Source of the DNA: a bacterium
GTDB taxonomy: Bacteria; SAR324; NAC60-12
Reading direction: 5' to 3'
Assembly (NCBI GenBank): GCA_965209155.1
Contig: OZ242383.1
Span: 4,160,001-4,224,000, forward strand
DNA: 64,000 nt
Positions 28,864-39,541 of the stretch are shown piece after piece (the stretch's first letter is position 1; each line of letters begins with the position of its first letter). The translations under genes were made by a program, and so were the position numbers. Below the pieces are notes generated by a model. That model had not been told where the DNA came from, made no database searches, and saw nothing but the letters and a program-made list of their open reading frames with translations.

Positions 28864-29955
28864 TCAACCCGAAGAGAAGGTACGAGGGATATAAACCTGA
28901 AAAATAGATCCTTGCCGACTTGCCGGTTTGTATTGCAACAATCCACCATGACCTGCAATGATCTGGAAAGAGATGGACAATCCCAGACCATTTCCCTGGC
29001 GTTTGGTGGTGAAGAGAGGCTTAAAAATCTGGTCCCGATGTTTTGCTGCAATGCCGCTTCCCTGGTCTTCGATCTCGATGAGAAAATATTCCTGGCGCCA
29101 GTCCAATCGTTTATCAACTACTTTCCATTCAGGACAATAACTGGATCGAATGGTGATCTTTCCTTTTTCCGGGGAAGCTTCTGCGGCGTTTTTAATCAAA
29201 TTGAGGAAGACCTGGTGAAGTTTGTCCTGGTCTGCAGTAATTTCTGGCAGAGAGGGATCAAAATGTCGTTTGAATGTCAATGCGGAATTTGAAGAATTTT
29301 CCTCGAACCAAATCACCGTATCGAGCAGTTCGTGCAAATTAAAGACCGAGGCTTGCAGCGGAACAGGTTGGGAGTACAACAACAATTCTTTCACCATGCG
29401 GTCAATACGGTCTAATTCTCCCAAGATCATTTCTGTGGAAGTGGTTGGTATTTGAGATTTTTTCAAATCCCGCTGTAGTAGTTGAGTCACGCCTTTTATT
29501 CCGCTCATGGGATTTTGAATCTCGTGGGCAATTGAAGAGACAAAGTCGCCAATGGAATCCATAATGTCTTTTTCCCGTTCCTTGGCTTTGATTTGATAAT
29601 GGTGCGTCAAATCATGAAAACTGATAATTGCATGATTGATTTTGCGATTTTTATTGAAAACCGGATTCAAGGAAATATTGACCACCCTCTGTTGTCGCGG
29701 AGAAATCTGCATCGGATGGTCATTGATAGAAAAATCTTTCCCGTCTTGCAGCACTTTCAGGAGAGGGACGAGAACGACTTGGTCTTCCCACAAAAGCTTC
29801 TTTATGGATTTGCCCAGCATTTTATTTTTATCTCGCTCCCAAAACTGCGTCACGGCGTCATTGCACCAGATCACTTCCATTCCTTGATTGATCACAAATA
29901 TGGGATTGCCCAAGTTGCTGAAAATTGTTTTTTCAGAAAAACCTCTCTTGGCCAT
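28864..29955 (-). CDS. PAS-domain sensor histidine kinase, NtrB/GlnL-like
   Basis: H-box IAHEIQNPMSGI, FDPSLPE, QVFLNLIKNA, DQGSGI, FTTK..GNGLGL. Confidence 0.88.
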   Translation of the reverse strand: MAKRGFSEKTIFSNLGNPIFVINQGMEVIWCNDAVTQFWERDKNKMLGKSIKKLLWEDQVVLVPLLKVLQDGKDFSINDHPMQISPRQQRVVNISLNPVFNKNRKINHAIISFHDLTHHYQIKAKEREKDIMDSIGDFVSSIAHEIQNPMSGIKGVTQLLQRDLKKSQIPTTSTEMILGELDRIDRMVKELLLYSQPVPLQASVFNLHELLDTVIWFEENSSNSALTFKRHFDPSLPEITADQDKLHQVFLNLIKNAAEASPEKGKITIRSSYCPEWKVVDKRLDWRQEYFLIEIEDQGSGIAAKHRDQIFKPLFTTKRQGNGLGLSISFQIIAGHGGLLQYKPASRQGSIFQVYIPRTFSSG

Positions 29956-29968
29956 TTTAAAAATATGG

Positions 29969-30874
29969 TTAAAAAACCTCTATTTCGTTTCCCAGAACTT
30001 TCTGCAACAAAACTTTATCGAGGTCGACGAGAATGGATTTGTTTTGCGCATAGGTCACCTTTCCAGGTCCGCCTCCCTTGATTTTTCGCAAATATTTTTG
30101 CTGGGTGTAATCGACTTCTATTTTTCCACGACCTCGAGCTTTACAATAATATGCTGCTAAATGCGCGGCTTCCAAAAGTGTTTGGAAAGGTAATGCGGAC
30201 TGTTTGTTTTTAACAATTACATGAGCCCCTGTGATTCCCTGGGCATGAAACCACCAGTCATTGCCTCTCGCGACTTTAAAGGTGACATATGCATTTTGTT
30301 GCTCGTTACGCCCTACCATAATCATTAATCCATCAGAACTCAGACGAATCAAAGGCGTGGAAGTCGCAGCGGATTTTTTTCTTGTGGATTGTGTGTTGTG
30401 TTGAGGAATTTTGAGGAATTGGGGAAGCGTTTTTTCCCAGAGGTGAAATGATTCAACCGATTCCTTTTTTTCCAACTCTTCCTGTTGTTGATCCAATAAT
30501 TCTTGTTCGTATAGAGTTTGCCGGATTCTTTCCTGCACATACGGCAATGCTTTTTTCAATTTATCCGCTTTCTGAAAAAGACGAGTCATGTTTCCAGCTG
30601 AGCTATATCTGGGATCCAGAGGAATCACGATTTCTGGAAAACTTTCGTCAAAATAATTCGTCACCGTGATCTCTGTTTGTCCTGTTTTTACTTGGTGGAG
30701 ATGAGGTTTGAGCAATTCTCCCCATCGTCGTATTTTTTCGCTGTCCTGACAATTTTCCAGGTCCTTTTCCTGCTTCAACAAGCGTCGAATCAGCTTTTTT
30801 TTCAGAGTCTTAAAAAATTTACGATAGCGGACACGCTGCGCGTTGACGGATTCCAATTGCTCCATTTTACTCAA
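29969..30874 (-). CDS. NFACT RNA-binding domain protein (RqcH/FbpA C-terminal half)
   Basis: VGRNEQQN, DWWFHAQGITGAHV, AAHLAAYY, VDYTQQKYLRK. NFACT-N domain absent. Confidence 0.85.
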   Translation of the reverse strand: MSKMEQLESVNAQRVRYRKFFKTLKKKLIRRLLKQEKDLENCQDSEKIRRWGELLKPHLHQVKTGQTEITVTNYFDESFPEIVIPLDPRYSSAGNMTRLFQKADKLKKALPYVQERIRQTLYEQELLDQQQEELEKKESVESFHLWEKTLPQFLKIPQHNTQSTRKKSAATSTPLIRLSSDGLMIMVGRNEQQNAYVTFKVARGNDWWFHAQGITGAHVIVKNKQSALPFQTLLEAAHLAAYYCKARGRGKIEVDYTQQKYLRKIKGGGPGKVTYAQNKSILVDLDKVLLQKVLGNEIEVF

Positions 30875-30882
30875 TCCCGAAT

Positions 30883-32655
30883 TTATTCATTGGCATCTCT
30901 ACCGCTGAGTCGCTTCTTCATTTCAGCATCGATCCAAGCGTACTTGTAAATATGGATGAACTTATCCATAAACCCTTGCCCTCCTTCCAATCCATAAAGC
31001 CAGGGTTGCCAGTAATGGTGACCGGTGGTTACCATCAAAGGCATGAACCACAACTCATCAAGGGCCCAGTAAGTCAAAGTTCTCCATTTTTCGAGATACT
31101 CTTTCAGGTCCATAGTGGCTTTCAAGTCATCCCACATTTTAATGTATGTTTGACCGGGTTGGCTTTCTTCAAATTTTTCGTTTCCTTGTCCTTGCCAGGT
31201 CAATGAACTACGTGGATCGAGAAAAAACTCATATTGACATGCGCCGTATAGAAAGGGGCATGGATTATCAGTGAGTGCCAAACCATTGAAAACAGGGTCT
31301 GGTTTACGGGTCATTGTCAGTTGATACAGGTTTTTCATTTTCACCACCTCGACTTCTAATGAAATCCCCACCAACCTGAGATAGTTGGAAATCTCGTGCG
31401 CCGATTCAGCCAAGTAGCCCTCACCGGCAATTATTTTGCTCTTGAAACCGTTGGGATAACCCGCCTTCGCTAAGAGTCGCTTCGCTTCAGTTGGATGATA
31501 TTCAAACAATTTAGCAAGATCGGGTTGTTCTTTTTTCATTTCTTCAAAAGATACGTAAAAAGGGGCAAGTCCCGGAAGGCTCGGAAAGACGGGGTAGATC
31601 GCGTTTCCCTCGTAGAATTCGTCTCGCATCTGCTGATGATCGACGGCCAACATCAAAGCTCGTCTCACCCTTTTGTCATTAAAGGGAGCCTTGGTGATGT
31701 TTGCCGTCATTGTGATGTGTTGCAGGGGTTGTTGTGATAACTTGAGACGAGGATTGTTCCTTAGTAGAACGCTCTTGTAATGCACCGGTAACACCGCGGG
31801 ACTGGTGTCCACTCTTCCTGTACGCAAGGCAGCGACTTTTAAAGCCTCCCCCAACTGAACATAGCGAAATCCATCAAGATAAGGAAGTTGATTTTGAGTA
31901 CGCAAGGGATCATTCTGCCAATAATTCGGATTTCGTTTATAAACGGTTTGGATCCCCTTGACATAATCGGAAATCAGAAACGGACCGGTACCCACAACAT
32001 ATTCCCAATTGTTCCGGTCTATTTTCTGCTCAAATACTTCACGAGGCGCTACCATCCATTCCAGAAGCAGCGCTCCCATTGGGGTGAGATCCGCAAGTGG
32101 ATTTTTCCAGTTTAATTCAACCGTCCATTGATCCAAAGCATTCCAGGTATATTCCTTTTTCATCACGCTTTGTTGGGTCAGAGGATTGGAGCTCACCGCA
32201 TTCCATGAAGCAATCACGTCGTAGGCGTCCATTTCCCGACCATTGACAGGTGCTTTGTCCCAGAAATGGACTCCCTGGCGAATCTTAAAGATCAGACTGT
32301 TGGGAGTAGGGCGTACATAAGATTCAGCCAAAGCGCCGCTGAATACTTCAAAAGAAACACCCCAGGAGTTATATGAAAATTCGCCGGTCCCTGCCGGCCC
32401 GCGAGACCAGTCTACCTGTAGTAAAGAATCATAAGCGGGTTGGGCAAAAGGGTTATCGGGGAGGTGTCCCACCGGATCGAATCCCGTTTGGCCATCCCTC
32501 TGCGCGGAGGTAATGAAACCCCCATATACGGGAAAGAGAGAGAGATCAAAATTCTGAGCGGCTGAGCTGCCTGAAAAGCACAGTCCTATGAGGAGGATCG
32601 ATAATTTTATACTCGAGTTCATAATCTCTCGGAAAAAGGGTATTGAGAAATGCAT
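30883..32655 (-). CDS. ABC transporter substrate-binding protein, family 5 (orphan)
   Basis: Signal peptide, LAES, VGTGPF, RNPNYW, PFNDKRVRRAL. Confidence 0.88.
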   Translation of the reverse strand: MHFSIPFFREIMNSSIKLSILLIGLCFSGSSAAQNFDLSLFPVYGGFITSAQRDGQTGFDPVGHLPDNPFAQPAYDSLLQVDWSRGPAGTGEFSYNSWGVSFEVFSGALAESYVRPTPNSLIFKIRQGVHFWDKAPVNGREMDAYDVIASWNAVSSNPLTQQSVMKKEYTWNALDQWTVELNWKNPLADLTPMGALLLEWMVAPREVFEQKIDRNNWEYVVGTGPFLISDYVKGIQTVYKRNPNYWQNDPLRTQNQLPYLDGFRYVQLGEALKVAALRTGRVDTSPAVLPVHYKSVLLRNNPRLKLSQQPLQHITMTANITKAPFNDKRVRRALMLAVDHQQMRDEFYEGNAIYPVFPSLPGLAPFYVSFEEMKKEQPDLAKLFEYHPTEAKRLLAKAGYPNGFKSKIIAGEGYLAESAHEISNYLRLVGISLEVEVVKMKNLYQLTMTRKPDPVFNGLALTDNPCPFLYGACQYEFFLDPRSSLTWQGQGNEKFEESQPGQTYIKMWDDLKATMDLKEYLEKWRTLTYWALDELWFMPLMVTTGHHYWQPWLYGLEGGQGFMDKFIHIYKYAWIDAEMKKRLSGRDANE

Positions 32656-32789
32656 ACTCCCCCTTGATCGGTGAACGTGGTCTTCCTGACCCCCCTCGTT
32701 CGAAAAATCACTAATGCCCTGACCAGGCGATCGAGCTTGCTCATTGGTACGAAAGTGAAACGGACCCTTTGATTATCTCTTCACACCAC

Positions 32790-33860
32790 TCAGAGTGGAG
32801 GGAGTCCAACTTTTGCTCGGGCATCATTGTTCAGCGGGGTGTCCGCCCCGCCATTGGTGACCTCCCAGCTGATTTCGGGTGCCTCCTCGAGGATGGCTCC
32901 AATCTCCGCAAGGTCTTGCTCAGAGAAATCATTGACGTACCGCGTATTTGCTTCCACCTGTTCAGGCGACTTGCCCCCCACCAGCGCCACCGATACTTCC
33001 GGACGACGAAGGACCCACCCGGTGGCGAGTTCGGTCATCGTCGCGCCCTTCCGATCGGCTATCTCCTTCAGTTGGCTGACTGCATGGCAGAACCGTTCAA
33101 AATTGTCCCCATGGAAGTCCACGAAGTTGGAGCGTTCATCGTTGTCTGCGAACACGTGCCCGGGTTGGTACCGTCCGCTAAGCAAACCTTTGCCCAGCAC
33201 CGAGTGTGCCAGGATGCCTACGCCGTGCGCCTCACACCAAGGCAGGATGTGCGCCTCGACGTAGCGCCTGGAAAACATCGAGTACCGGATCTGCAGGGTA
33301 TGAAAGCGCACACCCGTGGCCCATGCCTCTTCCAACTGTTCCACAGTCGTATTGTTGAGGCCGATGTATTGGATGAGACTTTCATCCTGGAGTGCCTTCA
33401 GAGCTCCCATGCGCTCTTGTATCGGAGTGCTCTCATCATAGAAGTGCAGCTGGTAGAGCGGGATAGTGTCCAACTGCAGGTTGCGCAGCGACTCTCCACA
33501 CTTGGTACGGATCCTCTCCGCCGTGTGCGGCGGCATCGAAACCTTTGTCGCCACAAATCCCTCCAACGTGGGATCATTCTTCAGTGCCAGCCCGATAACC
33601 GTCTCGGATCCGCCCTGACGGTTGGTTATGTTTCCATAGGCAGGGGCGTTCTCGTAGTAGTCGGCCGTGTCGATGAAGGTCACTCCGAGCTTCACGGCAG
33701 CCTGCACCGTCTCGATGCCCTTCTGACGCTCAACCTCTCCGAAGGCACCGCCGATCGGCCATGCCCCAAAGCCTATCTCGCTGACGAACGGGCCATCCGG
33801 ATAAAATAACCGACGTTGCGCGACTGTGGTTGCCGTTTTTTGATTCCCCTTTGTTTCCAT
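32790..33860 (-). CDS. Aldo/keto reductase
   Basis: IGFGAW, FIDTADYY, VATK, LYQLH, VLGKGLLSG. Confidence 0.9.
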   Translation of the reverse strand: METKGNQKTATTVAQRRLFYPDGPFVSEIGFGAWPIGGAFGEVERQKGIETVQAAVKLGVTFIDTADYYENAPAYGNITNRQGGSETVIGLALKNDPTLEGFVATKVSMPPHTAERIRTKCGESLRNLQLDTIPLYQLHFYDESTPIQERMGALKALQDESLIQYIGLNNTTVEQLEEAWATGVRFHTLQIRYSMFSRRYVEAHILPWCEAHGVGILAHSVLGKGLLSGRYQPGHVFADNDERSNFVDFHGDNFERFCHAVSQLKEIADRKGATMTELATGWVLRRPEVSVALVGGKSPEQVEANTRYVNDFSEQDLAEIGAILEEAPEISWEVTNGGADTPLNNDARAKVGLPPL

Positions 33861-33959
33861 AGGTGCTCCTTATTTTAATGAATTTAAATTCAGTGTTTCA
33901 AATTAAGCCTCACTCTCCGGCTATTTGTTTATTTTTACATCTATCTCTTCGACCCATTT

Positions 33960-34055
33960 CGAAGAGTGGCCATCCTCACGCTAACACCCGCATTGATCAC
34001 CAGATCATGTCCAGTTATGTGTCGGCTCTCATCACTGGTTAAATACAACTCTTTT
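33960..34055 (-). pseudogene. Short-chain dehydrogenase C-terminal remnant
   Basis: LYLTSDESRHITGHDLVINAG matches the SDR C-terminal motif; no upstream SDR sequence in frame. Confidence 0.6.
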
Positions 34056-34453
34056 TTCTCCAGTACATCGGATTGCGTCAGCAGAGAATAGATTGATTGT
34101 GAAGATGACTTGCAATGTTTTCCAACTTGGAAAATCAATATCAGCAAGACTATAGCACCTGGGAACAGGTGTTTAAAGATAATAATGTCGTCTGACGAAG
34201 CCAGTGAGCAAGTGGCCCTGGCTCTGGAGGGCGTCTTGACCTGTTCCAAGCGGAGCGACATTCTTTGACAACACGAAACGTGTCTTTAGCCCGTCTCAAA
34301 AAATTGACGGCAAAAAGGGGCATTCATTATCATTCATTTTTTATTTTTCGTGGCCTTTCTGCAAAAAAACTGCTGAACATAAAAGGAGATCAAGCTGAAC
34401 ATAGCCGTCTGGCGGGAGACCAGTTTTTGCCCGAGCCTCCCCAACGGCTATAT

Positions 34454-35578
34454 TCAGATCGACATGTCTTTCAGGTTGTAGTTTTTCAAAAGGTGCTCGC
34501 GTGTGAAATCGTTCCAGCGGAGAGTATCCGGTTCATCGGCCAATGGCTGATAATGGTAGCGCGGTTCATGGGGAAATCGCTGGTGACGGGCATCAATAGC
34601 CAGGGCGATGATGCGGGAACGTTCATGGATCCTCGCTTCGTCGTAGGGCTCGTCCGAAGCCCAACCCAATCCACTTTCTTTTTGGGCACCCCATCCCTTC
34701 ACGCCCAGGAGGGATGCCCGGCGGTGAAAGCCAAACTGGTACGTCGCCCGCATAGCCGGTGAGATGTTGGGAAAAGAGCCATGCAACACCTGGCGGTTCA
34801 TGATCACCACATCGCCCGGTTGAGACAGCATCGGGACGGCTTGCGGGAGACGGTCCGAACCCCCATTGGATTGGATCAGGGCGGCGATATCGAGCTTACC
34901 CTGCAAGTGTGTCCCGGGAACCACCCACAACGCATTCATCGGATTGGTAGGGTATAGCTGGGCAAAAAAGTTGAAACCGTGGGTGCCCCGATCCAACGCA
35001 GGGTTGTCCCAATGGGTTGTGCCATCCTGATGCCACGCCACCGAGGCGCCTAAGCCGGCGTGCTTGACCCAGATGGTTTCATTGAACGTTGCGAAATCAG
35101 GTCCGTTGATTTGCTCCACAACCGACAAGAGTTGGGGATGAGCATAGAGCCGCAGACAAGAATCCATCAGCTGCAAAACGCCAATGATTTGTAGTACGAT
35201 TTCCCCTGGAGCGTCGGCAGGCGCTTCGAATTCCGTCATCTTCCCTCCGTATCGCCACGTGCCGCCATAGGGATCGCTTAAGGGTTTGGCGAATTTAAAG
35301 CTCGGTTTCTCAAATTCAGCACCGATCGCAGGCCGCCCTGCTGCATCGGTCGAGGCCTTACTCGATGTCGGGGCGCGTGTCATCAGGTGCTCGAATTCTG
35401 CAATCAGTTCGTCGATTTCCTCACCCTGAACTACCCCTTCGAAGACATAAAAACCCGTGCGCCAGTATGCCTCCGAAATGTCCTTTCGCAACATGCCCAT
35501 GGCATCAAATTTGATGGGACCCCGGTTGCCCAGTTCGTAAGCACGCTGTTCTCCCCCTGCAAAATAATCATCTGTCAT
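34454..35578 (-). CDS. Phytanoyl-CoA dioxygenase (PhyH) family 2OG-Fe(II) oxygenase
   Basis: WHQD, LWVVPGTH, PGDV...LHGS facial-triad motifs. Confidence 0.9.
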   Translation of the reverse strand: MTDDYFAGGEQRAYELGNRGPIKFDAMGMLRKDISEAYWRTGFYVFEGVVQGEEIDELIAEFEHLMTRAPTSSKASTDAAGRPAIGAEFEKPSFKFAKPLSDPYGGTWRYGGKMTEFEAPADAPGEIVLQIIGVLQLMDSCLRLYAHPQLLSVVEQINGPDFATFNETIWVKHAGLGASVAWHQDGTTHWDNPALDRGTHGFNFFAQLYPTNPMNALWVVPGTHLQGKLDIAALIQSNGGSDRLPQAVPMLSQPGDVVIMNRQVLHGSFPNISPAMRATYQFGFHRRASLLGVKGWGAQKESGLGWASDEPYDEARIHERSRIIALAIDARHQRFPHEPRYHYQPLADEPDTLRWNDFTREHLLKNYNLKDMSI

Positions 35579-35629
35579 TCGTGTTCCTTCTGTCTGATAG
35601 GTGTTCGAGATTTTAGTTTAACATCGATA

Positions 35630-35942
35630 AGTCATCACCACCGGCAGAGCCGGTGGCTTGAAGAGGCCCCCAGTATGAGGGCAAAGCGTGTTCGTCATCG
35701 TAAGACGTGCTCGTGCTCGTGAACGAAAAAGGCTGCCATGTTAGATCATGAAAAACTCGATGTATACCAATGTTCCATCGAATTTTTAGCATTATCGGTC
35801 CATGTCATCGAAACAAATGTGCCGACGATCTCAATGACCGAGCACGAGCACTGCTAACGGACACGGATACGTTTCTCATGTCTGACCGGCAAAGCCAATT
35901 AGGTTCGCACCAGCAGAGCTGGTGGTTTAATGAGATTAATTA
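35630..35942. mobile_element. Hairpin-ended four-helix-bundle element, copy 3 (313 bp, internally deleted)
   Basis: Both ends match copies 1 and 2; the ORF 5' part joins the ORF 3' end at GTCATCGAAAC/AAATGTGCCG. Confidence 0.88.
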
Positions 35943-36015
35943 TGCATATCGATGAAATTTATAAATGATTCTTATTATACATTAACGCTCGCGGTAGTTT
36001 AATATGCCGAGGAGA

Positions 36016-36954
36016 TCAAGTCGGTGCGAGCGCTTCCAGGGTGTGTTGAATGTCGGGCGGGAGCGGTCCGGCCTGGGCGGCCACGACGCTCTCCTCAATC
36101 TCATCGGGTGTGGATGCGCCTACCAGGATGGTCGCAATCTCCCGATTAGCCATCAAGAAGCGCACACTCATCGCCGCAATCGAAAGACCCGTGGCCCGGG
36201 CCAACTCGAGGAGGCGCGCATCTTGGAAGAGTGCTCCGTTGAAGACACCTTTGCCCGGAACGCAAAAAATGCCGCCAATCACGTAAGCTATTCCCTGTTC
36301 ACGAATGACCGGGAGCATCACACGCGGAGAAGTACGGTCCCTCAACGAATACTCATTGGCAGACAGACACATGTCGAGTTTGACCCGCTGCAACACATGA
36401 GCCAGGGGCTCCGAGCGGTTGGTACTGAGCCCCAGGTAGCGGCAAAACCCCTGGGCCTTTGCCTCATGCAGGGCTTGCATCACCGGCGCATTCTCGTAGT
36501 CGAACGACTCCTCGATCTCCAGCTGCTCCCCTTCTTTCGCCTCTGGCTTCCAGAATCGTCTCTGCTCCATATCGTGGCCCAGGAGCACGTCGACCCGGTC
36601 ACGACGCAGGACACGGAGGTTGTCTCGTACATGCGCGAGACAATCTTCTACCGTATGATTGGAGGCCCGCCAGGCATTGATCTTCGTGGCCAGTAGATGC
36701 GGCTTGCTCGTCCCCTTGAGCCCCTCACCCACAATTCGCTGCGACTCACCCTGGCTGATCCATTTCCCATCAGAACCCCCGATGCCGTACCCAGGAGAGG
36801 TATCAAAATAGCTGATCCCCAGATCCAGCGCATGTTTGACGGTGGCCAGCCCATGCTGATAGCTGTGCTTATGGAGCGCGGCGCCACCCAGCCCGATGAG
36901 GCTGACCGTCTCCCCTGTACGCCCGAAGGGGCGTTGTTCCAGTGTCCCTGTCAT
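36016..36954 (-). CDS. Aldo/keto reductase
   Basis: True start MTGTLEQRPFGRTG at 36954; IGLGG, YFDTSPGYG, LATK, LGH, ILVGA. Confidence 0.88.
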   Translation of the reverse strand: MTGTLEQRPFGRTGETVSLIGLGGAALHKHSYQHGLATVKHALDLGISYFDTSPGYGIGGSDGKWISQGESQRIVGEGLKGTSKPHLLATKINAWRASNHTVEDCLAHVRDNLRVLRRDRVDVLLGHDMEQRRFWKPEAKEGEQLEIEESFDYENAPVMQALHEAKAQGFCRYLGLSTNRSEPLAHVLQRVKLDMCLSANEYSLRDRTSPRVMLPVIREQGIAYVIGGIFCVPGKGVFNGALFQDARLLELARATGLSIAAMSVRFLMANREIATILVGASTPDEIEESVVAAQAGPLPPDIQHTLEALAPT

Positions 36955-36964
36955 AGAAAGTCCT

Positions 36965-37420
36965 CTAATGGGTTTCGTCCAGTCTCTCGTACATCTGATA
37001 GACGCTGGAGGGGAAGACGACGATCTGGTTCCCGTCCGGGTCCCTGAACCAGCGAGCTGGATTAGTCGGGTGCGCCGAATGGACTTCGATGCCTTTACTC
37101 TCGAGATAGGCAATCGCTTCGTCCATGTCGTCAACTTCAAGCGCGAGAAGCCGAAAGCCGGTCTGCTCCAGGGCAGGTTCCTTGTAATCGGGATTGGCCG
37201 GTGCATCCGGGTCGATCGAAAACAGCTCGACGATCGAGCCATCTTCCCCGGCCTTCGGGGCGTTGAGTGAAAGGTTGGCCACCTCTTTCAACCGCTCCAT
37301 GCCTTTCACCGTCCACCGCTCCCGGACTTCAAAGCCGAGGATTCCGCAGTAGAAATCGAGGAATCTTTCGGAATCGGCCGTTGCTAATCCGATGTGATCC
37401 AATCGTTTGAACTTGAACAT
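36965..37420 (-). CDS. VOC/glyoxalase family protein
   Basis: DHIGL, FYCGILGF, ALEVDD, WFRDPDGN. Confidence 0.88.
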   Translation of the reverse strand: MFKFKRLDHIGLATADSERFLDFYCGILGFEVRERWTVKGMERLKEVANLSLNAPKAGEDGSIVELFSIDPDAPANPDYKEPALEQTGFRLLALEVDDMDEAIAYLESKGIEVHSAHPTNPARWFRDPDGNQIVVFPSSVYQMYERLDETH

Positions 37421-37555
37421 TGCTCACCTCTTAAATATGATACTTTACATGACTTTCGGCTCAATAAATATTCGCGAAATTGAAATAAAACCCTCAGCCA
37501 AAAGCGATTTCTTGAAATCTATCAAAAAAGAAAAAGAAAAACCAGCAGAAATTCT

Positions 37556-38491
37556 TTAATATTTGAAAGGATTGATCAGCCGGGCGAGGAGGCCTCGTTT
37601 GCGTTTCCTGGCGCCATAACTACCTTGACCGCCCCGCATCCGGGGATCGAGCAGATCCCTGAGGGCGTCGCCGAACATGTTGAGGGAGTAAACGACAATC
37701 GTCAGACAAAGCCCCGGCCAGAGCGCTAACCAAGGCGCCGCCTCCATGTATTTGCGCCCTTCCCGACTGAGCATCCCTCCCCAGCTGGGAAAGTCGACGG
37801 GCAGACCGAATCCGAGGAAGCTCAGCGACGCTTCAGACATAATCACCCCCCCGATGTTGATGGAGAAGATGATGATGAGGGGCGCCATAATATTGGGAAG
37901 CACATGGTGGACCAGGATTTGGGCTGTGGGGGTGCCCACGGCTTTGGCTGCCAGAAAATAGTCATTCTCTTTGATGTCAATCACGGCGCCTCTGACGACT
38001 CTTGAGCTGACGATGCCGCCGGCAATCCCCAGGACGACGATGATCTGGAAGACACCCCGTCCCACGATGGACATGATCGTCAACAACAGCAGCAGTCCCG
38101 GAAAAGCCATCCAGGCATCGACAAAGCGCTGCACCACCAGGTCCCATTTCCCTCCCAGAAATCCGGAAATGCCGCCGATCAGAACAGCGACCACAAGATT
38201 AAGCGTGGTCGCTGCCAGACCGACCGTTAACGAAAGACGAGCCCCGTGGATCAGGCGGCTCAATAAGTCTCGCCCCACGTAGTCGGTCCCCAGCAGATAC
38301 CGGGCTGATGAGCCCTGCATCCTGTCTACCAGGTGTATTTCCATATAGCGATAAGGAGCCAGAGCATCGGCGAAGATCGCCACCAGAATCAAGATCAATA
38401 TGATCATCCCGCAGGCAGTCCCCAAGGGCTTCTCCCTGACCAGCCTGATAAAGAATGCAGCCAGCCGGACCCGTCGCTTGGGTTCACTCAT
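37556..38491 (-). CDS. ABC transporter permease (DppC-like)
   Basis: LGTDYVGRD, HVLPN, GDALRDLLDP; paralogous to 3578-4513. Confidence 0.93.
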   Translation of the reverse strand: MSEPKRRVRLAAFFIRLVREKPLGTACGMIILILILVAIFADALAPYRYMEIHLVDRMQGSSARYLLGTDYVGRDLLSRLIHGARLSLTVGLAATTLNLVVAVLIGGISGFLGGKWDLVVQRFVDAWMAFPGLLLLLTIMSIVGRGVFQIIVVLGIAGGIVSSRVVRGAVIDIKENDYFLAAKAVGTPTAQILVHHVLPNIMAPLIIIFSINIGGVIMSEASLSFLGFGLPVDFPSWGGMLSREGRKYMEAAPWLALWPGLCLTIVVYSLNMFGDALRDLLDPRMRGGQGSYGARKRKRGLLARLINPFKY

Positions 38492-39440
38492 ACCGCACCC
38501 TGGGGTCCAAATAGGGATAAATCAAGTCGATCAGGAGATTGAACCCCACCACTCCGGTGGCGAAAAACAGGTTCACTCCGGAGACCACCGGGTAGTCTCT
38601 GACTTCGAGGGCATCCAGCAAGAGGCGACCGATCCCCGGCAGGTTAAAGATGTTCTCCATGATCACGGAGCCACCTACCAGGATCGGCAACTGCAGGCCG
38701 ACCAGGGTGACGACCGGGATGAGGGCATTTTTGATGGTGTGCCGGATAATCACGATCCGCTCCCGGAGTCCCTTGGACCAGGCGGTGCGGATATAGTCCT
38801 GCCTTAAGACCTCCAGCATCATGGTGCGCGTCATCCGCATGGTGGCAGCCGCCGAGGCCGTCCCCAGAATCAGGCTGGGAATGAGGAACATGCCGAGATT
38901 CCCCAGCGGGTCTTCGGTGAACGAAACCAGCTCCATCGAGGGCGACCAACCCCACCAGATGGCCGGGTAGATCATGACCATGAGGGCGAGCCAGAAGTTA
39001 GGAGTTGCCAGGCCGATGATGGCGATGGAGCGCCCCAGGTAGTCCGCGGCCGTATCCTGGCGGATTGCCGAGTAGATGCCGACGGGCAGCGCGATCACGA
39101 GCCCAATGAGGATGGCCAGGACGCCCAGCTCCAGGGTGACGGGCAAACGATCGAAGAGCCGCTCCTCGATCCGCCAACTCCCCACCAGGGATTCACCCAG
39201 GGTGCCGCGCAGGAGGATGCCGCCGATCCAGCGTCCATACTGCACGTAGACAGGCACGTCTAATCCCAGCATATGCTCCAGCACTTCACGGTCAATCTTG
39301 CCGGCTTGTCCTTCAGCCCTTAGCACCATTACGTCTAGTACATCGCCGGGGATGAAGCGGACCGAGAGAAAGACCAGGATGCTCAGGATGAACAGGGTGG
39401 GGAGGATCAGCAATAACCGCCTGATGATATAGGCATTCAT
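38484..39440 (-). CDS. ABC transporter permease (DppB-like)
   Basis: Start MNAYIIRR at 39440; DYIRTAWSKGL; paralogous to 4575-5552. Confidence 0.93.
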   Translation of the reverse strand: MNAYIIRRLLLILPTLFILSILVFLSVRFIPGDVLDVMVLRAEGQAGKIDREVLEHMLGLDVPVYVQYGRWIGGILLRGTLGESLVGSWRIEERLFDRLPVTLELGVLAILIGLVIALPVGIYSAIRQDTAADYLGRSIAIIGLATPNFWLALMVMIYPAIWWGWSPSMELVSFTEDPLGNLGMFLIPSLILGTASAAATMRMTRTMMLEVLRQDYIRTAWSKGLRERIVIIRHTIKNALIPVVTLVGLQLPILVGGSVIMENIFNLPGIGRLLLDALEVRDYPVVSGVNLFFATGVVGFNLLIDLIYPYLDPRVRYE

Positions 39441-39541
39441 GGGACGGACCTCATCATTTTTGAAATTGGTGTGGAAACGCGGGGTATCCTGGAGTGGAGT
39501 GGGCAGTACTGCCCGCTCCACAAGTGCTTCCAGTCGGCCTA

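Noticed and set aside
32769..33809. 346-aa plus-strand ORF and similar long shadow ORFs (2231-3004, 10567-11256, 36004-36696, 48696-49370, 54126-54794)
   Set aside because: They are antisense to well-supported genes and have no recognisable motifs.
36955..37242. N-terminal extension of the 408-aa aldo/keto reductase ORF
   Set aside because: It overlaps the VOC gene in another frame; the real start with RBS is at 36954.
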